Shown here: piece by piece, positions 41,240 to 56,503 of the stretch
Position numbering within the stretch: position 1 is the stretch's first letter
How the letters are laid out: each line of letters starts with the position of its first letter
Assembly: GCA_964016885.1 (NCBI GenBank)
Contig: OZ024740.1
Span: forward strand, 330,398,001-330,462,000
Direction of reading: 5' to 3'
DNA length: 64,000 bases
From: Eledone cirrhosa
Taxonomy: Eukaryota
Made by a program: the position numbers and the translations under genes
The notes under the pieces: model-generated
Told to the model about the DNA's origin: nothing
Database searches by the model: none
What the model saw: only the letters and a program-made list of their open reading frames with translations

Positions 41240-44200
41240 AGAAAACCCCGTGACCAAGAAATATCGGGATGGCGGCCGGCGGGGAATAGCCGTGTCTCTA
41301 GGGGAGAACGACCCCTCTAGTCTTGGTTGACTCTCGTTCTAGAAGTGGTAACACGAAATGATTACCCCTTGGCGGATAAGGATAAAACGCGACAAAATAA
41401 AGTAGATGTCTAATGATAAAATCTCACACCGGATTGGCCGTCACCCGGGTAAAAAAGGGCCGCATCCCTCAGAGAGGAACCAGACTGGGGTCGAAAAATC
41501 AGCTAATGGTTCAAACCTTCCCATCACTTCGGAGCTGGAGACCTCCCATAACCGGAATACCCCTACTGTTGGCCCTCCATGCTCACCACCAAGAAATCCA
41601 AAGAAAAAGAGAGAAAAATGGTCAAGGGAAGATAATAAAGAAGTCCTTGAGGCTTTCTACACTGCCATGTACTACCCTTCAAATACATCGAATACAGAAC
41701 AGACATATATCAACTGGAAAAAGAAACATCCCGAAAACAGAGGCTATATTGACAGCAACAAACTAGTCAATATACGAAAAAATATTGTAAGAAAAAAGTT
41801 ACTAACTGATATAGAAATTGATCAGATCAAGCTATTAGCACAAAATCAGCGAAGGGAAAATGAAACATGTGTCAGTGAAAACGAGGTAAATTGTAACACT
41901 TCAAATCCCAGGGTTGGGGCGGAATCACTGGCAACAGAACAAATTAAAGAAAGGATCGAAAAAGTGGAGGGAGTGCATGCTCAAGATGAAACTCCAAATG
42001 AAAATAATGAGATCGTAAATGATAAAGAAATGAAGGAGAATGAACTTGCCAACTTGAAGGATGGAATTATGATCGAATGGATGAAAATGAAAGAATCTGA
42101 CATGGGGAAACGAGACACCCTCCCTAAGATCCAGAACTCCAAACAGCACCAAAAGATAATACACAAGACTAACATAATTCTCAAAAGCATTATCATCACA
42201 AACAAACTTAACATTACTGATTTAAATCATCTCTATTATGCATCGGCTAAAGTCACCACTCACTTATGTGGAGTGAAGATGAAAAAACAAAGGAATTCCC
42301 ACAAGAAATCTACTTGGCAAGAGAACATCAATCGCCAAATAAACCTTCTCCGATCTGACATAGAAATTTTAACAAACTATAAAGTAGGTGAACATGTTAA
42401 ACAAACTAAACTTAGAAAATTGAAAAAAAAGTACAGTATAAAATCAACAAGTGACATAGACATGCTGATAGAAATAATCAAACAAAAAGTGTCGGCCAAA
42501 GCTGCTCGTATAAGGCGCTTTGAATAACGATCTAGATTCTATAAGGACAATAATATGTTCAAAAACAACCAAAGAAACTTCTACAGAAAAATTGGTAAGT
42601 CAACAATAACTGCTAAATCAATATCACCCAAGGAGGAAGTGCAAGAATTCTGGGAAAAGATCTGGGCCGAAGAAAAAGTTCATAACATACATGCCCCATG
42701 GATAGACAGACAAATGAATGATACAGCTCACCTTGAGGAACAAATATGGGAAAATATAACAGTTGAACAGTTGCGCTTGGCTCTAAGAAAAACCAGCAAA
42801 TGGAAATCCCCAGGAAAAGACAAAATACAAAACCTTTGGATAAATGTCTTCACAGAGTCTCATGAGCTGTTAGCCCAACTTTACAATGAAATAGTTAAGG
42901 AGCCAGAAAAGATACTATCATGGCTAGTTAACGGCATTACATTCCTGCTTCCGAAGAATGATGAGACAAACAATCCCAAAAATTACAGACCGATAACTTG
43001 CTTGACGACAATGTATAGCATTTTAACATCAGTCCTAACTGAATACACATATGACCACCTGATAAAAAATTACCTATTTCCCATTGAGCAGAAAGGGTGT
43101 AAACGAGGCTCATATGGCTGTAAGGATCAGCTTCTGGTTAACAAAATGATACTGGAAGATTGTCTTAATAGACACAAAAATCTATCGATTGCTTGGATAG
43201 ATTATAAAAAAGCATTCGATAGTTTGCCACACAGTTGGGTATAAAAATGTTTAGAGATTTTCAAAATATCCCCCGTTGTCAGGAGGTTTTTGTCATTCAG
43301 TATGAAGACATGGAAAACGACACTCCTTTTGAATAGTGAAACAAAATCACTGGAAGCTGGAGAAGTTAAGATTAATTGTGGCATTTTTCAGGGTGACTCT
43401 TTATCACCGCTTTTATTCTGCATCGCACTTATACCATTAAGTAAAATGCTCAATGAAACAAAACATGGATATAAAGTCTATGACAAAACCATTATTCACT
43501 TGTTCTACATGGATGAACTGAAACTATTTGCAAAAAATGATGAACAATTGCAAGGGCTATTATCCACTGTGGAGCAGTTCAGTGATGACATTAAAATGGA
43601 GTTTGGACTAGATAAATGCGCCAAAGCAACGTTCACCAGAGGAAAGCTGCTGAAGAGTTCAGACATTAATCTTGATCGGGGGAACGTGATAAGAGAACTT
43701 GATCAAGAAAAAACTTACAAATATCTAGGTTTTTGTGAAGGAGATGGAATCAAGCACTCGACAATGAGGGAAAGGATAAGGAAGGAATGTTACCGCAGAG
43801 TAAGAGCAATCTTAATAACGGAATTGAATGCAAGGAATAGGATCGATGCCATAAACACGCTTGCCATACCAGTAGTAACCTACAGTTACAATGTCATCAA
43901 CTGGTCAAGCACCGTAGGCTCGATACAAAAATTCGAAAACTCTTAACCATGCACAAAATGCATCACCCTAAGGCAGATATAGATAGAATATATCTCCCTA
44001 GGAAAGAAGGAGGACGTGGGTTAATCCAGTTAGACATTGCGTTGAAAACTGCAACAATTGGATTATCTACATATCTAAGGGAATCACATGATTGGATGAT
44101 CAAACTCGTTTTGAAACACGAAAGCATCAAAAGATCATATTCCATTAGAAAAGATGCACAAAGATACAGTAATGGACTACAAATTTCAGAAGTCCCATTT

Positions 44201-45118
44201 ACTGCTGAAATGGAAAACACAGAAAAAGCAAAGCAGGTAAAAGTAACAGCAAAGAAAGAACTGCTACAGAAACTGGCTAAGAAATGGCAAGAAAAGCCTA
44301 TGTATGGAAAATACCCAGAGCGAGCTAACAATCCTGATGTTGATAAAACTTTAACCCATCAGTGGTTGGCATCCTCTGGACTGAAATCGGAGACTGAAGG
44401 ACTGATTATATCAGCACAAGATCAGTGTCTGCCAACAAAAAATTACCAAGCCAACATAATAAAAAATGGATGCAGCCCATTATGCCGTGTATGCAAAAAA
44501 CAACCAGAGACCATTGACCATATAATTTCAATGTGCAGTCCTATAGCTCCAACCGAATACCTAAACAGGCATGACAGAGCTGCACAATACATACATTGGA
44601 TAATGTGTAAGCATTTTGACCTGCCCCATCAAAAGAATTGGTGGGAGCATCAACCACCTCCCATACTTGAAAAAGATCACATCTCAATCTTGTGGAACTT
44701 TAGCATCCAAACAGACCGAAAAATAGATGCAAATAGACCTGATATAATATTGAAGGACTTCAAAAAGAGGGTATGCCTGCTAATTGATATGTCTGTTCCA
44801 ATAGACAAGAATGTATCTGTAAAAACATTTGAAAAAATTGAGCAAATATAAGGACCTGGAGATAGAAATTGGAATGATACCTAAGGGGTGTAATTATTAC
44901 TTATCGCAAATCCCAGGAAACCCGGGTATAGGAGAAATACTAATAGGAACTGCCCATATACTAAGGAAGATTAGTACATCACAATTCTAAACACCTCAAG
45001 ATGCATGTGTGTGTATGTATGTTTTTTCTTGAACATGGCGGACCTTGTTGTCTCTTGAGGTCACTGGTTGTGACTTGTTGATAACTCGTATGAACATAAA
45101 GCAACATAAATGCAACTC

Positions 45119-45120
<2 letters not shown>
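41240..45120 (+). mobile_element. Near full-length R4/Dong-like RLE non-LTR retrotransposon ending in (TAA)n
   Basis: One long ORF broken by in-frame stops and frameshifts, short UTRs, (TAA)n at 45119-45178. Confidence 0.93.
41406..44975 (+). pseudogene. R4/Dong ORF: N-terminal domain, RT, CCHC knuckle, restriction-like endonuclease
   Basis: WKSPGKD, YRPITCL, EQKGC, WIDYKKAFDS, GIFQGDSLSPL, FYMDE (YMDD mutated), KYLG, CRVCKKQPETIDHIISMC, RHD, RPDII, IDMSVP. Stops at 42525 and 43242; frameshifts near 43910 and 44835. Confidence 0.93.
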
Positions 45121-45151
<31 letters not shown>

Positions 45152-46727
45152 TAACAATAATAATAATAATAATAATAACGAAAACAACATTATTATTATT
45201 ATTCGTTGATATTTTATAGCCAAATTAATTCATTCGAATTAATTTGATTTCATTACATTAATTGAATACGTTTCTAATTACTTTATCAATTAATTATACA
45301 CTGTTATAATTACTCAACGGGAACATTTACCACATCCATGGTTATTATGGTTGATTGTGATGGCTATGTATACCTCAGTTCATTCGGAAAATAATTGTAT
45401 TTATGGTTATTATATATATTCATAATCGATATCATATATTATTTTGGTATTGGATGTAGAATTTAGGTAATAGGTATTGCATAATAATTTCGTAATGTAT
45501 ATATTTGTTAATGGTTATTTTATATCATTTGATAATGGATATTTTATTTCTGCACGTATCACATATTCTAAAATCATTTATCAATATAGTTAAATCATAT
45601 CTCAGATAGATTCTAAATCTTCACCAAAACATACTCCATCAAATCATACTTAAATTTACATTCATGTGTCTCTGAATGGAAATGTCTGTGTAGGTATATA
45701 TATTCATTACGTATTTAATAATCGTTTTTTTTTCAGACTGTAGCTATTGTTGCTCATGTACTCCAATAAACCTGACATATTTTTCCAAATCCACTCATCA
45801 ACCATCTGTATATCTCAATACAGCCTTAGAAAAGCAACTCATATCAAATAATCTTTCAAATTTCTATAAAATATGACCGCTGTAAATTTTCTTTAAATTC
45901 CAACTTGACAAGTGAATAGTTGATCCACCAGAACGTCATGAAGTACTCTTTGCAGGCCATATCATCTTGATGAATCGATCAGTTTGGTTATGTTTCACAA
46001 TGTTTCACACGAAGAATAACCCAAAATGAAACATTCGATTTAATGTTTAGGAAAAAGGAACTTTGTCTGCAAATGAAGAATGTCTTGGAAAACGGATGTT
46101 AACGATTAAAAAGCACGTTTTCAGATATTTTTCACCAAAATCAATTTCAGGAATTGAAAATATGAATTACTGCAACATACAGCCGACAAATTCTCTTGCA
46201 TTTTATATTTTGAATGTACTACCATCTAAATGAAAATGTGTATTTGAAATAGTATTCCAGTGATAAAGTCATCTTATGTTCTGCCCAAATTACACTACAC
46301 ACTGACGAAGGGGAACACATTGCCCTGTTTATATGTTATATCGTACATTTTCACAATAAAATAGAACCCTAAATGTTTCCAAAGGGTCATTACGGTAGTT
46401 TATAATTTTCAATCTCAGAGCTATATTATTACTTTACCAATACTCTACATTACTCTTTCTATCTCTGTAGTGATGTATTTAAATAAATGGACACCTACAT
46501 CGTTTAAACTGTTCCACACACTCAACACACCAATGTTTATTTACGAATAAACATTTACAAGCTGATATTTAGCTTTCTTTATGTCAATAAATGTCGTCAC
46601 CGGTCATTTATCTCAATCAGCGAGAATGTGTGTGCAAATGTCTAGGGCGGCCGCTGGCCACATTTTCTGTATTTCATTGTATTCACAGATATTCTGGTGC
46701 ATTTAAGCTATTCTACATTTCCTTAGC

Positions 46728-46865
<138 letters not shown>

Positions 46866-46886
46866 GTGTGCGTATGTGTGTGTGTG

Positions 46887-46933
<47 letters not shown>

Positions 46934-49554
46934 ATGTGTGTGTTTATTTAAGCATGACGGATTCAATTTAAAAGACTATATTTGCTGTTATTTCTAACTG
47001 GTCAGGTGACAAATTATGTCTCCACCGTTGATTCTTCGGAATGTGTGGTAATACCTTATCGTAAAATTATATACCATATTTTCTAAACTGTATTGAACAT
47101 TTGGACAGCCCTAAGCAGACAAATTATCTTTAACGATGTTTATTTGTGTAAAACAGACAGAAGAAATAATGATTTCTCTGCTTGACTGATTCCAAACATT
47201 TAAACTGGCCTACAACAAATACTATGTATCTGAAGTAGTTAAATATAAAAATATTCCACATAGAGTTTTTCTATACATTATTCATACATTTTCCCATCAT
47301 GAAATCATGTTTTAGAGCTTTTCTGGCAGTTCATAACGAGAAATGCACACTTTCAATTTTCCTAACCGGTATCGTTCTCCTTTCCCAACAGAAGAAATGC
47401 TTATTTAGAGTGTCTCTTTTATTTTAGAATTCTCAATTTCATATCTATAGTTTTACCTTTTACTAAGCCCATATTTAGATTATGTTATGGATAATATTTC
47501 TTTTCTTTCAGTTAATTATATCACTTAAATAACCGTTCATATCAAAGTAGTAAAGAACATTATTTTTATATTAAGTCTCTAAACGTTTTAAATAACACGG
47601 TATTTAGGGAATTGTGATCATATTCTAAAATTAAACAATATTTCATTGTGATTCATTTTTCTCATCTCACCGTTAATCGAATGGACGTTAAACGTCAAGG
47701 TGAGATTATGCCTGTCATTTTCCTTTTCAAGTTTGCTATATGGTATACTGGTTTAAGAAATCATGTTTCATCTAATATTTCTATTTTCGTATTTCAAGAG
47801 ATGAATTATGTATATATGTCGGACATATTCAATACTCAGCCTTATTGCTTGCCATATTTGACATATTTTAATCTCTTGCTATTTAGCTGGAGATCTGTTT
47901 TCGACATTTCTAATTTCAAATATAATACAGCAATTGTGAAAGTCTAATTTTCTGTCTGATTTCTTGTATAAATGTGTATCTTTTATACACGTAAATATTC
48001 CCACAAATACAACCGATATTTTATCAATTTATAACTACATGCATAAGACTCGACCGTACATGATGCTAGGTGGAATCTTATCAACATCTCCCTCTGTAAG
48101 AGTATCTGCTGCAGGGCCATTTAACGTGCTTTAAACATAATATGTCTAGCTAACTAAAAGGAAAATGCTTCGCTTAAAATGTCACTTTAATTCGAAACAT
48201 GTCTCACAATTTTTTTCTAATATGAATGAAAGATTAGTTCATCATCAAAATGTATAGTTTACATTGTTCAAATATTTCGATTATTGATTGTATTGGATGC
48301 GTCATTTTCATAGTCATGTTAAGAAGTTAGAGAACTTAAGGGATGTTTTAAAGTTCACTAATTGTATGCCGATTTGTTTCACCTGTTTGATTATATAAAA
48401 TACAACTTACCCACTCATATCTGCAGATAATATACTCCGAAATGTAAATCGAATCAATATTTTGAGTACAAACAGCTTGGATAATTTAATTTCATCGATA
48501 GTGTTTTACTCACTACAATACTTACGTGAGATCATACGATATTTGTTTTTGTTGGAGAGAGAAAATGCAACGCAGACTTAGTGTAGAGATACATAAATAT
48601 TCAGTTGTACCATATATTCCTTATGTTTGTATATATTGATAACTCTTAAACGTTAGGATTGCGTAGATTAAGCTTAGTTGAGGATAATAAACAATACCAA
48701 AACATGTTGGTACTGTTTGATGTGCGTACTGTCAAAGTTAATAATCTGCAAGAACATGATTGGCATACGAAACTCAGTTCAAGGATGTGTCAAAACCGGA
48801 AGGTGTAGGATGAGTCGGATATAATTTGGAGAGGAAATGCTACTACTTAACACGCCAGAATGTGATTTGCGATATGAAAAGAGAGTTTAGCTGCGGAGAT
48901 ATGCAATATTAAATATATTTACGCCACCTTCTTTTCTTTGATGGCATATTTTATTTCCTAACTAAATTAGGGGAATATCTGCATTAGTATCAGCATACTT
49001 TGTCCTGACCTCCTCATCAGCCAACGTATCCCACGTATTCTGGATAAATGATTGTTAAGGTGAAACCATTCAATGTGGCCATCTGACCTCACCAATGTTT
49101 CATACTGGCATATGCACTGTTCATAATCTGCAAGAACATGATTGAAATGCACCGCTGGGTTGCAAAAAGTATAGTCGAGCGATATTGGCAGACGAGATGG
49201 TACTGATTAACTAATGGGAAGGCAATCTTTGATATGCACAACTTAAGTTTCCGCCGTGTACTGTTCCGCAAGAATGTAAATCAGTGCTGCGAAGATTGAA
49301 ATATTCGTCCTCTCAAAGAAGCCTGCGCAGTGCATTCAGCATGTGAATGGAATTCCACTGTAAAAGGTGCCGGTGCTCAAATATCTCCGGGCTGTGTTGT
49401 CATGTGATGGTTAACAGGGGGCTGGACTGAATGCAAGTATTGAAGATTTTGATGCAGTAATGTAATATGACTGAAATCTAATGGATGAAATCAATATCAA
49501 ATAATATCACACACACACGCCCGCACGCACGCACACACATATACCCACACACAC

Positions 49555-49651
<97 letters not shown>

Positions 49652-50755
49652 GGGGTATGTATAGAATTACGACAACATTTAGAGTAACAAGACTCACTGT
49701 TTAACTTTAATAAAATGAATACATATAGGTATATATGAAATAATATGATTAATGATATTAATAAAGGTGACATAAAGAGAGAGACAAGTGCATAAGAGCG
49801 AGAAGCTGCAAAAAGAGATATCATGCTATATTGGTGTAATATATATTGCTGAATTGGCATAATTACAGTTCTGTTAAAGAGATTCGTATATATTCATATC
49901 TTCACCTGAATGAACGCTTCAAAATTTAAAAATATAGTTCGATTTTCTTGATATTAAATATCTACGTCTCTCTAAAGAAATCCATTTTATTCATTTGATC
50001 CAAGAATCAGCAAATGCCATATATACCTGGAACGTTCAATGAACAAGATTTCATCCCTTCAAAAGTTACTAAGATTCGTTTCTATTAATGGTTTCATCTT
50101 TCATAAGCTATCACATAAATATTGCGTTCAATATATAGTTCAGCAATATTCGGTTGAATACACTAAATTTACACAATCAAACATACATATTTACATAAAC
50201 ACTAACACTCAAACACACAGAGAGAAACACACACACACCCACACACGCCCACAAACACATGCATATATATATATATACATATATATATATGCATGCCGAA
50301 AAAAATCAATTACTGAGATTCCCGTCCTTCTAATGTATAGACAATCTCAGAGTTTGGTACTTACTCTTTATGATTTAGCCTCCAGCCGTATCTGTTTAGA
50401 TGGCGATGTATTGAATATTTCGACAGTAAATTATCTATTTACAGAAGTATCAAAGAGTGTTCTTCTTAATCTCTTCACAACCACACTAAATGAAGTCCTG
50501 TGATATTTAATTTTCGTACTGCAGATAATGGATTGAATGTAAGTAATCTCTGTATGGGTTTCACTTTAAATATATATGTATTTATTCTTTCAAAGCAAAT
50601 ATCCATGCGTATATATGTGTATATATGTGTATTGATTGTAAAGCCGTGCGTTGCTGTGTTGCTATGTGCTGATGCGTAGTGTGGGTGTAAGCGTGTGCCT
50701 GAGTGTCGTGTCTGCGTATCGTGTCACATATACGTATATAACTATATATGTATAA

Positions 50756-50876
<121 letters not shown>

Positions 50877-50878
50877 TG

Positions 50879-50933
<55 letters not shown>

Positions 50934-51044
50934 GAAGAAGTAATAAACTATATATATATGTACATATTCAAGTAGTAAAATCGAATTAAGTTAAATGAAC
51001 AGTTTTCATATAAAATATGAACATGGATATTGGATAGAATGATT

Positions 51045-51160
51045 TGTGGGATTTGTTCTTGATCTCTGAGCGTTGAGTTCAAATTTCGGTGAAGTCAACA
51101 TTGTTTTCCATCAATTTAAGTACGCTAAAGACTACCAGCTAAGTACTGGAGTCAATTTTT
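51045..51160 (+). mobile_element. Diverged Nin-SINE fragment
   Basis: gagttcaaatttcggtgaagtcaac...ttccatc...accagctaagtactggagtcaat. Confidence 0.5.
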
Positions 51161-52177
51161 CCTCACTATCTTTTCTCATTTCTACTATATGTGTCTCTGT
51201 CTCTCATCTAGAAGAAATTGACTTTGAGAAGAGATGGGCTTCGTCAGGTTATATAAGTTGCCCATGAAACACTGAATGTCACCACTGTGTCATATGATTT
51301 CAGCATGAGATATGTGTTGGAACGTGCATAGTTTTGGATCGATGAGCAGCTTCTTGTTGATTTGATATATATATATACATATATAATGTAATTTGATAAA
51401 GAATGAGCAAAGATGGGAAAGCATTCCCATTGATCCACATTAACAGCAAGAGGATCTCAGAAACTAGGTCGTGAGAGGATCAATAAAGAATCCATGAGAC
51501 GAACTTTAGCAATCGGGAGAAAAGAACAACTACTAAACTCACAAGAATCAGCTTCACAACTAAAGGTAGAGGCACTATTTCTCTTTCAAATAATTGTCTC
51601 TTCAAATATCCCCTAATATACAAATGATTCGACAACGTGCCAGCTGTATACGACCGAAAGATCGAATGTTACTAAAGAGATATAAAACTCTACAAACTGT
51701 AGGACCACTAACCCCACGAAATTACATATGCATCTGGAAAAGTACACGTTTATCATATTAAATGAACTCTAAATATCGCGAATCTCTCAATATTTCTGAC
51801 TACTATCAACTAGAAATCCAGTCATTAATATATTTCTTTATTCATAATGTGAAGCCTGCATCGATTGGCTTCCATAAATTTTCAGTGACTATATTTAAAT
51901 AGAAATATATATACCTTACATTTCCTATAATATTCTCTATATTGAAATCACCTCTATTTGTATGCATATTACGTTTTCTGACTCTCGTTTGCAGCTTCTT
52001 TTCTCGCGTGAAGGGAAACAAAAGAAATAGAGTCAATATAAACAGAGGCGTTGGATTTTACCTCAAGAAGAAATCTCAAATACTCCACTAAAGATACAAC
52101 TGTACATTAATATCACTATTTTTAGTGAAATACGCAGACACACAGAGACAGTATATATAGTTATATATATATATATA

Positions 52178-52578
52178 TTGTTATGCTTTCGGAGGGTCAT
52201 GTTACAAATAAGAAACACACGCAGCAGATGCTTTCACTCCAATTTATTATAAATTTAAGAATTTATAAATTTCCGGTTGGTTGGTTGGTTCCATAACCGG
52301 ACGGTTGTTCATATATTGTCAAAGTTCTTTCGTCACACAGTATGTGACCTCTTCGGTGACTGGGTATTATTTTCTTTGTTTTGTGCCTCTCCTTTGTTCT
52401 GTCCTACGCCATCTTGTTTTTTCAAAACAAAGAAAACAAAGAAAACAAAGAAAATAATCCCCTGTCACTGAAGAGGTCACAGAATGTGGAACGAAAGAAC
52501 TTTGACAATATATAAACAACCGTCCGGTTATGGAAACAACCAACCAGAAATATATAAATTCTTAAATATATAAATTTA

Positions 52579-52580
<2 letters not shown>
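52178..52580. mobile_element. HHR family B, head-to-head inverted pair in (TA)n; HHRs at 52317-52361 (-) and 52463-52507 (+)
   Basis: Plus: tgtca-CTGAAGA-ggtcac..ac-GAAA-gaactt-tgaca. The minus copy has core CCGAAGA. The junction has a triplicated aaaacaaag. Confidence 0.85.
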
Positions 52581-52620
<40 letters not shown>

Positions 52621-52739
52621 AAATGAAAATCCGAAGACAAGGTAAAATTTACAATAATTTTCATCCCGACACATGTTTAAATAAGAGATAGATCGATCGT
52701 GAAGCCATGATCAATTATCACTGATCTCATCAGGTGAAA

Positions 52740-54200
52740 AACTATGTCAACGCAAAATCGAAACACCCTAGAATAGTCACTAACGGTATTACCAAAAGTG
52801 TCTCTCGTAGAATTTTAGGACTATCTTCCAATGAAGATACCTTTAATAGGATCTCGAATTACTATAATAGTGTCCTGGAACGTGCGGGGCATAGCGAGCG
52901 AATCTCATTCAAACGTCCATTAAATAGTAGTAGCAACATTGCCTGCGATAGATTAGGCCAACATAGTGATACTTTAATTAACAGCAGGCGGGATACGAGG
53001 GAGGATGAATATAGACTTCATGTTGTATTGCCTCCTAGTCCCAATGTTGATGGTACCAATGGAAACAACCACCCAGTTACTAACACAGGGTCTAATTGTA
53101 AAGTCTAATTGTAACCTTAATTGTAGAATTGATAAAACCGTTGAACGTAAAATGGAACGCCTGTCGAGTAAAGGGAATAGGGATAGGTGTAGCAGGCGCA
53201 TAGTGGATATAACCCCGGCTATGGAGGGTAATCCCAATGGCTGCACGGGGTACACCGCCCCGAGACTTGGGACGATTCCGAACACAATCGGGACACCTCA
53301 GGACACCAGCAACCCACAGCCAGTGTTCAGTTATAATAGACCAGTAGCTACTAAGGAGACGGGTAACTTTAATATAGTTAGTAAGAACAAGAGGCATCAG
53401 ACCAGGAAAATCCTGTGGTATAACCCTCCTTACTCCACTGGCCTGACCACTAGTATAGCTAAGCTTTTCTTTAGAGCCTTAGACAAATGCTTCCCTAGAT
53501 CACACATATACTATAACATATTTAATAGGAATACCATCAAGCTGTCCTACTCCACAACCAGTAACACAGTTCAGAATATAGCTAAGATGAATTATATTAG
53601 ACTTAGGACAGCCCAAGGGGGGGGGGGGCTAGACATGGCAGAACTAATGGCAGCTCTATGGATGAACGGACTCATACACGTGAGGCGAGTCGGGTCACCC
53701 AACCTCTGGGAATTTATCCATAGAGCAGACAAGAACTGAATCCCGACAACAGAGGTACAGTGGTTCCTCTGGAACTACCCAGGTCGATAACAGAAAATTT
53801 AATTGCAGGAACACTGCCACTTGCCCCATGGCTGGGAAATGCCTCACCAAAAACATAGTCTACGACTGTAAGGTTTCCACTCTTAATAGAACCTTCAGGT
53901 ATGTTCGGGCAACTGCCACTGAATTTAAGGTTAGATGGTATAATCACCGCCATACCTTTAATAGATTAGATAAAACAAAATAACACGGCGCTTTCTGAAT
54001 TAGTCTGGAAGCTTAAACAACAGAATATAGAGCACTCCTTATCATGGTCCATAATTTTCTCAGCCCAGCCTTATAACGGCAGCAATGGCGTCTGTAATTT
54101 GTGTATAGCTGAAACCTATTAATTAATAGGAGAGCGGATTTTTTCAGCAACTGCCAGCATAGAACCTCGAAAACCTTCCGCCGGATTTTTGGAGAATAAA
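52740..54200 (+). pseudogene. PLE RT thumb, linker and GIY-YIG endonuclease (frameshifted)
   Basis: ORFs 52734-53108 and 53005-53739 plus manual translation of 53798-54165. Confidence 0.86.
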
Positions 54201-55660
54201 CTACCACTAACTCCTCCCTCTCTACTTTAGCCATAGAGTTCTCTAAATAAACAGACAATCATTCACTCAGGTAGTTAGACGGCTTAGATCGTTTGCGCAC
54301 TTACAAACGGTACTCGGCCTGTTTCCACAGAGTTCTCACAGCTGAGTGCACTTTAGCATACCTAGTTATTAAATAATTAGAATGATTACACACTCAGAAT
54401 ACCTAGTTAGTGAATGGTTACACACTCAGGCAAGATCGATTACCTTTACTTTAAGATATTCTAACCATTGAGTTCTCTCGGTTGGGATATAGCTAGACGT
54501 ATTGCACACTCAGTTAAGACCGCTCTCCATACATAACTCTACACACAGTACCCGTTTTCTTTAGACAAGGAGTTCCCACAGTTACGACTGGTCACGTTCC
54601 TACCGATTGAACACTACACTAGGTTTTGATCATCTAATCATGGAGTGCTCACAGTTACGGATGGAACAATAATACTGACACACCATTAATGGGCCTACAC
54701 ACACCCTCTGGGTTTTGCTATCCTTTGTTATTTTACTTTACTTTTTGTGTTGGATAACACACCTCCACCACTCACACACCTATCTTAAAAGCCCAAGGGC
54801 CAATATGATGGGAAATCGCACTTATTGACACCTTAACCCAAATACCCAACCCTACACGGAGCGCCTTGTGGCCTACATAGCCATTGCTTGCACGCACAGA
54901 AAGGGGACTCGGATTATCAATGTGACAGCGGTACATACTGAGTTCGATATGAGCTGATTGCTTGCTCTTCACATGGATGTGTATATACCTAGACATACAT
55001 TTGTTGGACGATACGGATGTGTATATACCATAACATACACTATTTGGAGATACAGATGTTACAATTCAATCTATGCACGTATAGCAGAACACTGAACTGA
55101 ACTTACATGATTGTGTGTGTATGTCTGTGTGTATGGGGCTATGGTTGACCCAATATTTCCAATTTGCATCGTCAAATTGAGATTTAACCAATGTAGCATT
55201 TGTTGTTTTGTAAACTAACTTTCGGTGAATGCTATGTTGCTATATTCTTATATTTATTGTTTTTTTCTTTGACATCGCTTCGGTGTGTATGAGAGCGTGT
55301 GTACTCACTCACACTAATTGTGACCGTGTATAGTTCTACAGATTTGATACTGTGTTGATGTGTTGATGTGTGTATATATATATTTTTTTTTCTTTGACCT
55401 CGAGTCGGTGTGTGTGGGTGTTGACTGTGTGGGTACCCACTCACATTAACTGTGACCGACTGTATTTCTACAGATCTGATTGATGTCCAGCGTCTTTTGC
55501 AGCTATTGGGATATAGAAATTTGATAGTTTTATGACCTTAACTGAAGTTGATAGCAGTCGCCGCATTTTGACTGCTTGATCTTCATATGAGGGAGTATAA
55601 ACTCTTTGAGTGAACATTGCTAATTTTCTCCCTCATATCAAGGATTTTAAGACAATTTAT

Positions 55661-55738
55661 TATCACCTGATGAGATCAATGATAATTGATCATGGCTTCA
55701 CGATCGATCTATCTCTTATAGAAACATGTGTCGTGATT
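55661..55738 (+). ncRNA. Type I hammerhead motif in the PLE pLTR; cleavage after 55732 (GUC); mutated mirror copy ~52663-52737 on minus
   Basis: atcac-CTGATGA-[gatcaat-gata-attgatc...]-GAAAC-atgt-GTC-gtgat. The base of stem II is not canonical. Confidence 0.7.
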
Positions 55739-55918
55739 AAAATGATTGGAAATTTTACCTTGCCTTCGGATTTCCATTGTGATACTAATACTCCGTTTTA
55801 CATCATCTAGCTGTTCCTTTGAATTGAATTGAAGATATACTAAAGCGTGGATAATATTCTAACAAAAATTTATTGGACCGTTTTGCACAACCAATAATAC
55901 ACCTTACTATATAACAAC

Positions 55919-56084
<166 letters not shown>

Positions 56085-56163
56085 CTAAGAATAATGAGTT
56101 CTAAACTCAAGCAGTCCTTTACAATGAAATACCTCAAAGAAAGAAGTATTTCTGAACCGTGTA

Positions 56164-56424
56164 ATACAAGTTAATATAAATTAATATATATGATAAAACA
56201 CAAATACCAACCTATAAGTGTTTGTATTGTAAATGACTAAGTTAGCTAGATTGAAAAATACTAATTATACTAATACAGTTTGCCTGTCTCGATTTAAATC
56301 GAGACAGGCAAACTGTATTATTATAATTAGTATTTTTCAATCTAGCTAACTTAGTCATTTACAATACAAACACTTATAGGTTGGTATTTGTGTTTTATCA
56401 TATATATTAATTTATATTAACTTG

Positions 56425-56427
<3 letters not shown>
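56164..56427. repeat. Spacer-less 264-bp palindrome (one mismatch seen) in a TA tract
   Basis: Centred on gattt|aaatc at 56295/56296. Confidence 0.95.
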
Positions 56428-56457
<30 letters not shown>

Positions 56458-56470
56458 ATGTGTGTGTGTA

Positions 56471-56503
<33 letters not shown>

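Noticed and set aside
48700-49460. Cys/His-rich remnants (CICQ..EWFH on minus; CRC...CCH on plus) and a repeated ataatctgcaagaacatgattg
   Set aside because: Suggestive of a decayed PHD/SWIM transposon relic, but ligands are incomplete and on opposite strands; not supportable.
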